Counted from the whole stretch's first letter, positions 10,250 through 22,880 are shown. The stretch: DNA of 61,848 nt, filler included, from Hausera hauseri (GCA_046269625.1; 12 parts of 12 records of this genome joined end to end with filler, not necessarily neighbours in it); one strand, 5' to 3'. Made by a program: numbers and translations. Notes: generated by a model from the sequence alone, not told the origin.

Positions 10250-12030
10250 ATGTGCATGTCTTCTTCCTAAGGAACAACTTTGTACAGAATGCCTGAAAAC
10301 AAGTTTTGTGAATTTAAGGACTGCGACAAATTTATAAGTCCTCCTTTCGTCATATATGTTGACTTTGAATCGGTTCTGTGTCCTGATGATAAGGTTAAGC
10401 ATACTCATTTGCCTGCTGCAGCCGGTCTTTTGTTAGTTTCATCAAAGAGTATTGAATATAGACAGTTTGTTGGTGAAAATTCCGTCGTTGAGTTTCTGGC
10501 TTGTTTAGAGGAAATTGTGAAAATCTTGGTTTTCCCCTGGTACGAAAATGCAAAAATACCAATGATTCCACTAACAACAGCAGAATGGTTTCGGTTTAAA
10601 AACGCCACATATTGTTACCTCTGTCACGAAAGCGGTTCTCAATTTGTTCGATATTACTGCCATGTAACGGGTAAATTCTTAGGCCCAGCATGTAGTAAAT
10701 GTAACTTGGCTCAACAAATTAGGTACAATTTACCTGTTATGTTCATAATTTGCGTGAATATGATCTTCATATTTTAAAACACGCATTAAGTAAATTCAAA
10801 AGTTGGGAATTAAGTGTCATTCCACAAACAACAGAAAAATTCCTGACTATGCTGGCAATGATACGATGTTCAGGTAAAAATTCTGTTTCAATTCGCTTTT
10901 TGGACACACTTCAGTTTTTACCTGCTTCACTGAAGACACTTGCATCTAATTTAGACTGTCATCCATTCACCGAAGCAGCTTTTCCATCTGATATCATTAG
11001 AAGTAAAGGCGTTTTTCCATACACTGCAGCCAAATCATTTACCGAATTGCAGTCGATTTCTGAATTAACACTTAAATGGGATGGTGTTAGTGACACCGAT
11101 TATTAGGAATCTCAACTTACCTGGTCAAAATATAGATGTAGCTCGCTTTTAGATTACGTTAGTATACATAAAACTAGATGTACACGTTAGGTGATATTTT
11201 TGAACGATTTAGAAAGCAGGTTGAGTTGGATGATAGCTTAGAAGCGGTTAATTTCGTGTCTATTCCAGGATTATCTTGGGCAACTGCACTAAAAACGAGT
11301 CCATGTCGTATTGAGCTCATTCAGGACCCTGAAATGTATACTTTTTTCCAATCAGGTATTCGCGGTGGTATGACTTTTGTAAAAAAGCAACCACTATCTT
11401 GTATATAGGTGTGAATAATTTGTACGGCTGGGCTTTATCTCAACATTTACCATTTGCAAATTTGGTTTGGATTTTTGATAAAGATAAATTAAACAGTCTG
11501 ATTTCACAATTGTCTTTTGTCTGCACTGTTACACAAAAACGTGATCTCGTCTTCGAAGTTGATTTGAGCATTCCGGCTGATAAGCACTATTAGTTAGACC
11601 AACTGCTTTAGTTCCAATTAATCAATGCCCTCCTGATTCACGAGTAAAGAAATTGCTGCTAGCACATGAGCAAAAGTCCAACTATGTTATACACTATAGG
11701 CTTTTGCAGCTATACATCAAGTTAGGCTCTGTAGTTGATAAGGTACATAGGGTCGTTGAATATGTTCAAGGCTAAGTCTTTAAGGACTATATCAACCTTA
11801 ATACAGAAAAGAGGGATGCTTCTAAAAATGCTTTTGAAAAGGATTTTTAAGCTCAAAAACAACAGTTTATATGGAAAAATCGTGGGAAATCTGATGAAAT
11901 GGTATAATTTGAGGCATTGTAACAATGCAAAGAGGTTTGTAACATATGCCAGTAAAGCCCAGTTCAAAGAAAGTATCATTATTGCTGATGATCTTGTTTC
12001 CGTTTTTTTCGATAAGGACACAGTTACACC
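10250..12030 (+). mobile_element. Degenerate Polinton/Maverick-type PolB (N-terminal to palm region) with an endonuclease-VII-like Cys/His insert; 3' truncated
   Basis: PFVIYVDFES; CYLC...VRYYCHVTGKFLGPACSKCNL; FHNLREYDLH; RFLDTLQFLPASL; KGVFPY; DIFERFR; SGIRGG; VNNLYGWALS; KLKNNSLYGK. Many frameshifts; similarity stops before the YxDTDS motif. Confidence 0.9.
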
Positions 12031-13229
12031 TCATATATCGGTCATGTTAATTTGATGATTAATATCTGTTAATAGACAGGGCCAGCAATCAATAATGAAA
12101 GTTTAGAAATTAAACAGATATCCGCTGTTAATTGAACTGGTCGAGAAATATCCGGTTATAAAATATCAGTTACAGTGTGACAGAAAATCCAAAATTTCAG
12201 AATAACGATTAAGTCCCAATTCAACAGGTGTAATATATCTGACCGACAGATATCCAAATAAATAGAGTATAAATTCTAAAAAATGAGATCTGACAATTTT
12301 AAAAGTAAAATGGTCGCTAAAAAATCTATTTATTGTTTTAAAACAACTTTCTTTTTTTCGTAAATAAATCTACAATCTTAAAACAAATATTTTGCCAAAT
12401 AACTATATACAAGCGGGTGAATAGACCATATAGTGAATTTCGTATCCGCTTACATTTCCATCAATCCACGTATGAATACTGATAAAGTAAAAGGTCCAAC
12501 CATCAAAAATTAGATAAAATTCCATTACAAATATGTTGTTAAGACACGCCAATTTAACAAAATCTAAAATAAAAGTAACCAGCATACAAATTCCGCAACA
12601 TGAGAAAATTTCGTATATCAAGCAACACTTTCAAAATAATGTGGAAACTAAAAAATCGTAAATTGTTTCGAACACGAGCAAAGTATAAAAAAAGAATTGA
12701 CAAAATAACGAACAAATATAGAATTAAGAAATTGATAAAACTGTCAGTTTCATTGTAATTCAGTAGATATTTCTGTTCTTTCCGAAACTAATGAAAATTT
12801 TCTCAACTATAGCATTGCGAGGGAATCTAGTTTATAAATGAATGAAAGTTTGTTAGATGTAATGTGTATTAACAATTTCGATGATTATTATGCGTATAAG
12901 AATAAAGTTCAAAATAAAGTAGTTTACTTTATGGAGGAATCGCGATTTGAGAAATATATATTAAGGCGGTAAGACAAACAATCCAACGAACAAAACTAAA
13001 ATTTAAATAGATCAAGAGACGTTACAACACTCTTAAGCAGGAGTTGATGGTAAATTCTTCGACTCTATATTAACGAAGTTTTTTTTGCTTTTCAGAATGT
13101 TGTAGCCATCGTCCATAATTTTTCCGATTGAATTTCCCGATAAAGTAAAAAATGTTCGAATGGGAAATATAAAAAATTAGGAAATAGTTTCGGGATTGGG
13201 AGTTGTAATATCATTCAGAGACTCTTTGT

Positions 13230-13800
13230 AGCTTTCGGCGAATTTCGTTTCGTTTCGAGGTTCCCGACAACTCTTCCAAAGTAATTCCGTCTTGCATAAA
13301 TAGAATTTTCGGAGAGTGTTTGTTGACCGACTCATGCTCATTGTATTTCCCAAAATGATTCATCAAATACTGCAGATCATTATAATAAATGGCCACTGCA
13401 TCGAATTAGCCAATTGAACAGCCTCATTCAATCCACTAACATTATCAACACTGTCTGCCAAACACAATTTCTGTACAACGATATGACTCAACACAATCCG
13501 TATGAATCTGCCGCTGAATATTTTCTCCGCCTCTCGAATCAAATTCTCCACCTGCATACACGACATATCTTCTGCAATCCGTTGAGAAATGTGGCGATAA
13601 TTCACAATCGGATCCAAATTTCTCAGCCCGCTATCGGCAGAGAATTTGGCACATTCGTCAAATCGCCCATTGGTCCAGAAATAGACGAGTGTACTACACG
13701 TGATTTCCCGATCAAATCGTGGCTAAACGACGATCGGTTTACAAATGTGACAGGGGAAAATAGAAACGGTACGAAAATCGTGACAATGTCCGCGTAATTT
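13230..13800 (-). pseudogene. Possible LisH/CTLH-type (RMND5/GID-like) gene relic
   Basis: FDREITCSTLVYFWTNGRFDECAKFSADSGL resembles a LisH motif, and LNEAVQLA...NDLQYLM resembles the CRA region. One stop and one frameshift; similarity is weak. Confidence 0.35.
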
Positions 13801-13902
13801 TTNNNNNNNNNNNNNNNNNNNNNNNNNNNNNNNNNNNNNNNNNNNNTTAATTAATTAANNNNNNNNNNNNNNNNNNNNNNNNNNNNNNNNNNNNNNNNNN
13901 NN

Positions 13903-16900
13903 GTGTCCAGACCGCTCAACGTCGCTCCCCGCGTGGAACCCGCCGTCACCAGATACGTGTTGCCCAGCGTCGGGCTGACCGTCTTCTGCGTCCGTATCAA
14001 CTCACCCCCTGACCCGGTCACCGCAAAAACATTCCCACCGGCTGAATTCTCAACCGTTGCCATGCCGCGACCGCCCCCGTTCGCACTCTGCAACCCGCTG
14101 TAATCCGTACCCCCCTGCATACCTCCCCACAACGCCCCGCTCTCCGAAAACATAAAGTCCGTCGCATTTACCGTAATCGCACTATTCCCGTCCTTGGCGC
14201 TCCCCACAAAACTCGACCCCGCCGATACAAATTTCAACCCCTCACGTAACCGCGACCCTTCCGCTACATACACATCGAACCGCTGGCTTGCCGATGCCGC
14301 CGACACCACCTGACTCAGGTTGTCCACCCCGTTGCCATAAATCTGCGAAATTCCATAGCGCCCCGCTCCGCTCACCTCATCTATCTTCAGCCCCGAACTC
14401 ACCACCGAACTCGTCCCCGATATAGACCGGATCGTCGTACTGCCCCCCCGCAACCACACATCCGCCGAACCCAATGCCCCGCCGTTCGACAAGTTCACCT
14501 CCACGACGTTATGCCCCCCGTTCACCGTGATGTTCCCGTGGGCGATCGTCCCCAGCGTCAGCGCGTTGTACCCCCCGCTCGTCACCGCATCAAATCCCTC
14601 AGCCGCATACAACGTCCCCCGGTTCATGCCCCCGCTCAACTTCACACTCCCCGTGTTCAGCGCATACAGATCAAACCGGTCCACCTGGTTGTCCTGCGCC
14701 GTCCCCGTCAGATTCACCTTCAGCGCTCGTACCGCCTTCGCCCCCGTCAGCACCGCATTCGTGTCCTTCAGGGTAATGCTCGTCGTCCCCGCCCGATACT
14801 CCTGGTTATCCAGTACCAGAGAGCCCCCACTCTTCGTAATCACCGCATCCGTCCCCAACCCCAATACCGCTACGTCACTGCCTCCCGCCAAATCCAAATC
14901 TATCCCCAGCGCATTCACCCGGTTCACCTTGTCCCCAAGATCCCCTGTGGACTTCAGACTCGCCTTCGGCACCGAATCCGTGAACGTATACACCGCACGA
15001 CCCGTCTCCGTATCGATCCCCGTACTCGATATCCCCTCAAATTCCACCTCCACCGGCTTGTTCGTCACCGGATTCGTCACCGTGCGCGTCACCTCCGCCG
15101 GTATGATCCTCAACGGATCCGTCGTCGTATTCGTCGCATCCGCCTGCGTGTTCGTCGGCGTATTCGTCCCATCCACCAATATGTTCGGCAACGAACCCTC
15201 CACCGCATTCGCCTGCAACAGCCCCGAACGATCCGCACCAGAACTCGCCGACGTCGTACTCTGTTCCACCCCCGCAATCTTCACCCGTATCGCCCCGCGC
15301 GATGCCCCAGTCACCAATAACTGCACCTTGCCCGAACTCTTCGTAATCTCCGTGTCTCCTACATCTCCAATATGCACACGGTCCATCCCGCCCCCCAAAT
15401 CCAGCGTGTTCTTCACCCCGGCGCGCAAATACACCTCATCTTCCGAATCCCCTCCCAGCGTCACACGGTTCTCTCCCGCTGAACCCACCGTCACCTTCGC
15501 AGAACCCCGGCTCTCCTTGACCGTCAACTCCGTATTGCCCAATGACCGGCTCAGATCAATATCCGTCTGCTCGCTTCTGTCCACACTCACCTTGCTGTGC
15601 AGCGCCGCTACCTGTATCTCCGTAGACAGCAAATTCCCCGCCTTAATCTCTACATCCCCCGTCAGGTATTGCCCCCCCGTCAGCCGTAATGTCCCTGAAC
15701 CTTTCCCCACCTTCAGGTTCACCCCCGTGTCCACCTGCACCTGGTCATCCCCGGAACCCAACTGTATCTCCGTGTTCACCCCAGAGCGCACTTCCACGAC
15801 ATCACTCGAATTCCCCTGCAACGACACCACGTTCGAACTCGCCGACCCCACCTGCACCCGCGTACTGCCACGCGCATCCCCAATATTCACCGTCGTCGTC
15901 GAGAGACTCCCCGTCAAATCTATCTCTGCATAATCCGTGCGGCTCGCCGCAAACTTCGTATGCAGCCCACTCAAATGAACCCGCGCACTACTCAGCCAGC
16001 CCGCCGTAATCTCTCCACTGCCCGACAGATAACCCCCTTCTACCTCCAGACTCCCGTCCCCCTTCGCCACCTTCAGGTTGATCCCGCTATAACTGTTCAC
16101 AATGTCGGCACCTCCCCCAAGCTCCAGTACCGTACCCTGTGCACCCCCGCGCGTCACCGTCACCAGATCGCTCGAATCCCCCAGCAACCGCACCAGGTTC
16201 GACCAGTCTCCCCCCACCGTCACCGTGTTGTTCCCGCTCGCGTGCGCTACATCCACCGACGCCACGTGCACCACATTCCCGAAATCAATCACCCCGTTCC
16301 GCAATCCTGTCGCCTGAAATTCCGCCGTATATGACGCCGTTGCAATATTCCCCCCGTCAGTCAAATCCCCAGCCTTGATCTTCGTAAACCCGGAACGCGC
16401 CGCCCCTTCCGTCAGCGTCAACGACCCCTTACCCTTCGTCACCGTCAAGTCCGTCCCATTCAACACGTCTATCGTGTCCTTGCCGTCCCCGGTCTCTACC
16501 CACGTCCCGTGAGCCCCCCCGGAAACTACGTGTATATCCCGTGTCGCCGATGCATCCCCGCCCAGCAACCGCACCGTACTCGACCAGCTTCCTCCAACCC
16601 ATACCTCAGAATGCCCCCGCGCATCCCGAACCGTCACATCACTCCACGTCAGCGTCCCGTCAAAATTGATATACGCGTTATCACTCCGCGCCGCATCCAG
16701 CTTCGAGGTGGATGAATTCGAAGTCACATTCAGACGATCCAGATTCCCCAGCCAGAACTCCGTGTACCCCGAACGGTATGCCCCCTGGTTGAACGTCAAC
16801 GTCCCGTTCCCCTTCGTTACCTTCAGGTCCGTCCCGTTCGACATGTCTATCGTGTCACTGCCATCCCCCGTCTCTATCCATGTCCCGTGCGCTCCACCCG

Positions 16901-17942
16901 AAACCACGTGTATATCCCGCGTCGCCGATGACTCCCCGCCCAGCAACCGCACCGTGCTCGACCAGCTTCCCCCAACCCATACCTCAGAATGCCCCCGCGC
17001 ATCCCGAACCGTCACATCACTCCACGTCAGTGTCCCGTCAAAATTGATATAGGCGTTATCACTCCGCCCCGCTTCCAGCTTCGAGGTCAGCGAACTCGAC
17101 GTCACATTCAGACGATCCAGATTCCCCAGCCGCATCTCCGTATAACCCGCACGGTACGACTCCTGGCTGAACGCAAACGACCCGTCTCCCTTGCTGACCA
17201 ATAGATCAATCCCGTCCTTCACCCACGCACTGTCCGTCCCGTTACCCAGATTCAGCTCCGTGTAACGTCCCCCCATGTCCACCCACACCTCATCGCTGGA
17301 CTGCCCCAACAGCGTCACCTTGTTCCACCCCGGTGCACTCACATGAACCTTTGACCAGTTATGCGCCGTCGTATTGATCTCCGTCGATTCCAGTCCGTAC
17401 AAACTCACATCCAGACTCTGCATGGATGACGCGCCCAGCCAGACCTTGTATGAGCTGAACCACGGCGTATACACATGCCCCAAATCCTTGCCCGATATGC
17501 TCGTGTTCCCCGTCCGGTAACAGTTCTGGCTCAGCGTCAGATCACCGTGATCCTTCACAATGTCTACATTCACCCCGCCGTTGATCCACACCGTGTCGTT
17601 CCCGTCACGCAAGTCCAAAGACGTGTATAACGTCAGCAGCCGGTCTATCGAAACGTTGTCATTTCCCATGCCCCCCGTCACCCGAACCACCGGCGCATCC
17701 AGATGAAACTCCTGGCTGCTCGTGCTCCAGCTCCAGTGCGTGTCCAGCTTGATCTCCGAGGCGACCCACATCCGGTAAAATCCTCGTCCGGATACCTCCA
17801 CCGCCATGTCCACCCCGTGGGCAGAAAAATCAAAATGCGTCCCCGATGCGTTTATACCCCCGCGCATCCATCCCAACTGGTAGGTGCCTCCCCAGATCTC
17901 TACCCCGTCCCCGAGATTGCTCCAGTTCGCCCAGTATTCCCC
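13903..17942 (-). CDS. Internal fragment (>1340 aa, open at both ends) of a giant Gly/Ser/Thr/Val-rich RTX-like beta-roll surface or secreted protein, probably bacterial
   Basis: Stop-free frame across the whole contig (it continues GEYWANWSNLGDG... upstream of the called start). The contig is GC-rich, unlike its neighbours, and has no introns. Recurring GxGxD-type motifs (GGMGND, DGND, LGNGTD, TGDGSD, TGDGKD, LGGGAD, LGSGDD, LGGGMD, LAGGSD), most followed by GxxLxVxKGxGxL. Confidence 0.85.
16401..17156 (-). repeat. Tandem 378-bp (126-aa) intragenic duplication
   Basis: The YRAGYTE... and YRSGYTE... copies start at 17156 and 16778. They share long identical blocks such as SDNAYINFDGTLTWSDVTVRDARGHSEVWVGGSWSSTVRLLGG. 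Confidence 0.95.
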
Positions 17943-18043
17943 TNNNNNNNNNNNNNNNNNNNNNNNNNNNNNNNNNNNNNNNNNNNNTTAATTAATTAAN
18001 NNNNNNNNNNNNNNNNNNNNNNNNNNNNNNNNNNNNNNNNNNN

Positions 18044-18593
18044 TTGGAGTTGAAGCATCATTAGGTCGCGGAATTATATATCTTATTTCTAGAAAAAGAT
18101 TCAGAATTTTCGGTTCTAAATTGGACATACAGTCTTTGTATGAGTGGTCTTTTGTTAGAACAAAATTTAAAGTTTTCAATCTAACTAATTTATTAACAAT
18201 GGGTTTTCCCCAAGTATAAATTACTGTAATTTCATAATAAACAATCATTTCAATTGTGTTATTATAAATATTTACAATTTGCTTACCATAAGGAATGGTA
18301 GAAACACCTGGTGATGACACAACAAGCATTTTCATATTATCTTCTAAATACAAATATAATTTCCTCATCCAAGTACTCCTCTCAGCAAAGTACTGCACGT
18401 CACGATCTAATGGAGGATCCTCTTGATTTAACATCTTATCTGATAAGACTAACCTATGTTTGAACGTTTTATTTATATATTTATTTATTGGATGATACCT
18501 GTCAACGGGTAGTTGGTTACTTTTTATATTTTTAATCTCTCCAACTATCTGTTGTAATGTTATTTCGGGTCTGGCGCAATATAAATATATCAA
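18044..18593 (-). CDS. Orphan ORF of about 183 codons, open at the contig end; product unknown
   Basis: Long stop-free frame in very AT-rich DNA; no motif recognised. Confidence 0.35.
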
Positions 18594-19044
18594 AGTATTT
18601 GTGAAGATTTTTGAGAAGACTGGACTTATTTTTATATCATTTGATGCTATATTTACGTTTACATAGCTTAAGATATTAAAGTGATTATTTTGCTACCCTT
18701 CCCGGTGGGTTTTAACGTAATATTTATCAGCGGGGACGACTGATGATATTGTATACAACAATGCAGAATGACTGACCTTTTCTTGGTTGGTTTTGTTATC
18801 TCCTCGATCTCGTCTTTCATGATTCGACTTTTAAATTCGATGTCGTTGATCCCGTTCTAAATTGGAATTTCCACCCGATTGATGAAATAAACTTTAACTT
18901 TGTTTTCGTAATCTCTATTCGTTTCGGCTAAAATAGGGATTATAGCGAATTTTTAAGGGGATTCGGAAACCCATCATAATTAATAATTGTGGCTCTAAAA
19001 AGAGCCATTAATATTCCCAATTCTGTTGTCACATTAACCGAATT

Positions 19045-20231
19045 CTACAAAGGTTGAATAGTATCTGGTGTTGTTTGTGTTATAAATAAACAGTAGTGCA
19101 ATCTTGTTTCGCGCCCCGATTTCCATCCATAGAAATGCAATGATGTCAATTTTTGATGACCCGGATTACTGACATGTAAATTCAGACTTCGATTCTGGTC
19201 AATGAACGATGACCTATCGGCAGCCATTTTTATTATGGAAGACCGTCTAACTTCCCATATGGTTTTGTATAAATCCTTAATGTCGTCTGGGATACCGATA
19301 ATATTCTGGATGGATCCTCTGTTAACCATAATGACATGTTTCACATCATCGCACCAGAATCCCAATTTTATTGAATCATCTATAATATGCTGATTGATGA
19401 CAACGAATTCCCCGTTGTTTACTCTACGTAGATAAATATAGCTCGTGAACAGTTCGAAACATTCGTTGTTTGCGGAAATTCGTGCAGTACTAGCAGTTAG
19501 TATTGGTGCTCCGGGTAAACTACTTCGTATACCGTATTTGATAATATCAGCCTTCAAACTAGCTTATTTCAGATAGGCACAACACTTTACGTTCCACGTA
19601 TCCGGTTGCAAATTACCTTTGGTGACCGGACAACCTTCGTACGTCTCAAACGGACCGAATTTCTTTGTCAATTCACACGATTTTTTCAATGCACTGAAGT
19701 ATATGGTTTCGAAAATTCGACGGTTTAATTCACAAACCTTTTCAGAATCGAACGGATACCGGAGAATTGCAAAAACATCCGCAAACCCTTAAACACCGAG
19801 GCCAATTGGACTGTGTCGTATATTCGAACGTTTTGCTTCTAGTGGACAATGATTGATGTCAATAATCTTATTTAGATTCTCTATCATAACACTGATAACC
19901 TCGACTAATTTATCAAATTCAAATTTTTCGTTTTCAACAATTCGCGGTAAAGATACTGATGCCGAATTACAAACCGCGATTTTATCTGGTGAGCTATAAT
20001 CAACAATTTCTATACACAAATTGCTCGATTTTATAGATCCCAAACGTTTTTGACGTAATTTTTCATTACAATCATTTTCATACAGCATATATGGTGTTCC
20101 AGTTTCAATTTGAGGTTCGAGTATTTCTTTCCATAAACTTCTGGCAGAAACAGTTTCGTCGCCCAAACCTTCGTTTTCATACTTGTCATATAATCGTTCA
20201 ATTTCCTTTTCATAACAATCAGATAAACCCT
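19045..20231 (-). pseudogene. RRM1: Decayed ribonucleotide reductase large subunit (class Ia alpha), C-terminal half
   Basis: QIETGTPYMLY; LGSIKSSNLCIEI (NLCxE thiyl loop); AVCNSASVSL; RHSPIGLGV*GFAD; IFETIYFSAL; YGIRSSL; NNECFE; LYKTIWE; MAADRSSFIDQ; KLTSLHFYGWKSG. Contains in-frame stops. Confidence 0.95.
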
Positions 20232-20344
20232 GAAAACACAAACAAATGAAATCATTTTGATGAATTCCTGCTCGTTTGCAACTGTTGATATCAGCATTTA
20301 GAATTGATTCACATGGTGAGTTCTTACAAAGATCGAGACATATC

Positions 20345-22880
20345 TTGAACGAGTCTAATTGACCAAAAACATCGCCGCCAATTGTTTCATTATCTGGATT
20401 TATGCATATTTCTATCATGTTAAATATTGCCAGTCGTTCCCATTCCGAATCTGCTCGAGCTATATTGAAATATTTCAATGCTTCAGAAGTGTTGCCAGTA
20501 TACCATTCATGGAGTCCTTTACAAAAGTTATATTCGGCTGCCTCACATAATTTTGGATTACTGTTTTCAACGATTTTAAAATACCTTGGTGTATCGGATA
20601 GCTCTCCATTTCTCCGTAAAACATCAATGAGAAATGCGAGAGCCTGAAAATGTTCGGGTTTCTTTGACAACAATTTCTTCAAATGCAACAACGCAGTGTC
20701 GAATTCAAGTCGATGTACCATCAATTCAGCCATCATTAATGTTGCACTGCTTACATAGAACTCATGATTGGATTCTTGCAACTGCAGTGAATTGGTCTCC
20801 TCCATTTTTAAAAGTAATAAACACTGATGTTGACAATTATCCATATCTCCATTTTTCATTTGGAGTCGAGCTAATTCGAGCAAAGCTTCCAAATTGGATT
20901 CTTGATACGTTAGAGCATCTTTCAAATGTTTGATGGCTAAGTCGACTTTATCACATTGAATTAGACATTTGGCAATTTTCAAACAGATGTCAGTGGCCAT
21001 CTTTTTTTAATTAAATTATCGGGAGATTCGGTTATGAAACGTTTCAAAACTTTTCACCGATGATTCAGAGCTGTTTGTAATTCGGAAATTTCTTCATCCG
21101 AATCTCCTCGCAATTGATAAACCTTTGACAGTAAAATATGGAGACTGACCAGTTCCAAAAGGTCATTATAATCAGCAAATTTTTGTTTTTCTCCAATACC
21201 TTTCAACAAAGTACTCTTAGCATCATCAAAAATCTTCAGATTTATGAGCAACTCGCACAAATCTTTTCGAAATGTCGTCTGTCCGGATTTCACAACTTTC
21301 CGATAATATTTAATGGCCTACGAATAATTATTAGTCTTCACCAATGCCAAACCCATTTTCGCTGCAAAATCCAAACCACTTTCACGTAACTGTCGAGCCT
21401 CCTCATAAACCTTTATGGCTTTATCAGGCTGCTGTATTTCCATATAAGCATCACCCAATAAAATAAGTGATTCCGGTGTTTTTTGTCGTTCGGTCAATTC
21501 TCTGAAACATGCAGGATAGAGTTTTTTATCTTTCCGATATTTCAAATATTCGCCATTGTTGTCCTTGCCTGGACGTAATATGTATGATCGGTTCTGACAG
21601 AACGTAAAATAGTCAGAGCCGCTTCAATATCTCCGCGTTGGACGGCCAGATCAGCATTGCTAATAGTTATTCGGGCTCCTTCTTCGGTTCCAGCAAAACA
21701 GATTGGACGTCTTGTAAAACCTTTGCTGAATCGTGCTGCTCCTCTAACGCTCTGTGAGCTTCTGCCAGTTTCAAATAAAGACAATTGTTGCGAATTTGTT
21801 AAGCCGCTCCCAGAAATTTGTTTAATGGAAGATTATTTGACCCCAGACAACTGTAATGCGTACTAAAGAATTTTCTTGGCTTCCAAATACTTATTCTCTA
21901 GCAACAATATTCGGCCTTTCATGAAATGAAACAGCGGATTTTCCTCCACTTGAAAATCGTAACTCAAACCAACTTCAAGCGCATGGTCAGCTTGTTTGTG
22001 ATTTTTCGATTGAAAATGAATCTGAGCCATCAAAATATGCCCATCCGAAAAGCCCTGATCAGCTTCCAAACAATTTTCCAACAGTGTTCGACTTTTTTCC
22101 AAATCATTCGACATGAAATAACTTTTCGCAAGTAAATATCCGGCTTGTTGTAAACCCGGCAGTAATCGGACAACTTGTTCCAGAATTTGAACAATATGTT
22201 TCACGACGGGATTTTCCGCCTTTAGTGCATTATCCGACTCACCCGATTGTTGAGAGCAAAAATACATGTATTGAAATATTTGAACAAGAAAATCCGGATT
22301 GAGATTGTACAGATATTCGGTACTGAGATTTGTGTTAGAAAGGAAAGGAAAATGGATTTGAATGAATTCGTCAAGATACTTTAAAATACTTGACTTCTGT
22401 TCATTTTTCAACTGCCGAATTACGGCCAAGAGATATCGGATATTATTATTAAATTCCATTTAAGTAGACGCTTCTTTCAACATGTTTTCGTTTACCTGGC
22501 ATGCAAAAACTCCTTGTATGTCAAATAAATTGGATTCATCAAAATTCATTGCAAGTTTGAAATATTTAATTGCATCTCGACTTTTATTCCAATTTAGACT
22601 AATTTGACAACGTATAATTATAATTCCGTCGGAAAACGAAGTTGATGGCAAACTTGGTGTAAACCATTTCAGTAATTCAAAAATTTCATAACCCGATAAG
22701 AATCTCTCTGACTAGTTTCTGGAACAAATTATAGATGGATTTCAGTTCATTGATTCGTCTAGTAACGTGTTTAAGACATTTTCCATCAAAAGGTTGACAT
22801 AACGCAGTCATTCGAATAAGAACTTTCAGTTGTACAATTCAGATAACAACTCCTGTCAGCTCTTGATTTCAGATCATTGT
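20345..22880 (-). pseudogene. TTC21B: Decayed intronless TTC21B/IFT139 (IFT-A TPR subunit) central fragment
   Basis: Collinear motifs: LNPDFL; HILMAQIH; LEVGLSYDFQVEENPLFH; FAGTEEGARITISNADLA; RKDKKLYPACFREL; LLGDAYMEIQQP; MGLALVKTNNYS*AIKYY; ATLMMAEL; YNFCKGLHEWYTG; FNIARADSEW; NMIEICINPDNETIGGDVF. Breaks between the ORFs are stops or frameshifts, not introns. Confidence 0.93.

Noticed and set aside
14511-17204. Long plus-strand ORFs (e.g. 14527-15933, 14511-15320)
   Set aside because: They are antisense shadows of the minus-strand gene, caused by its codon bias.
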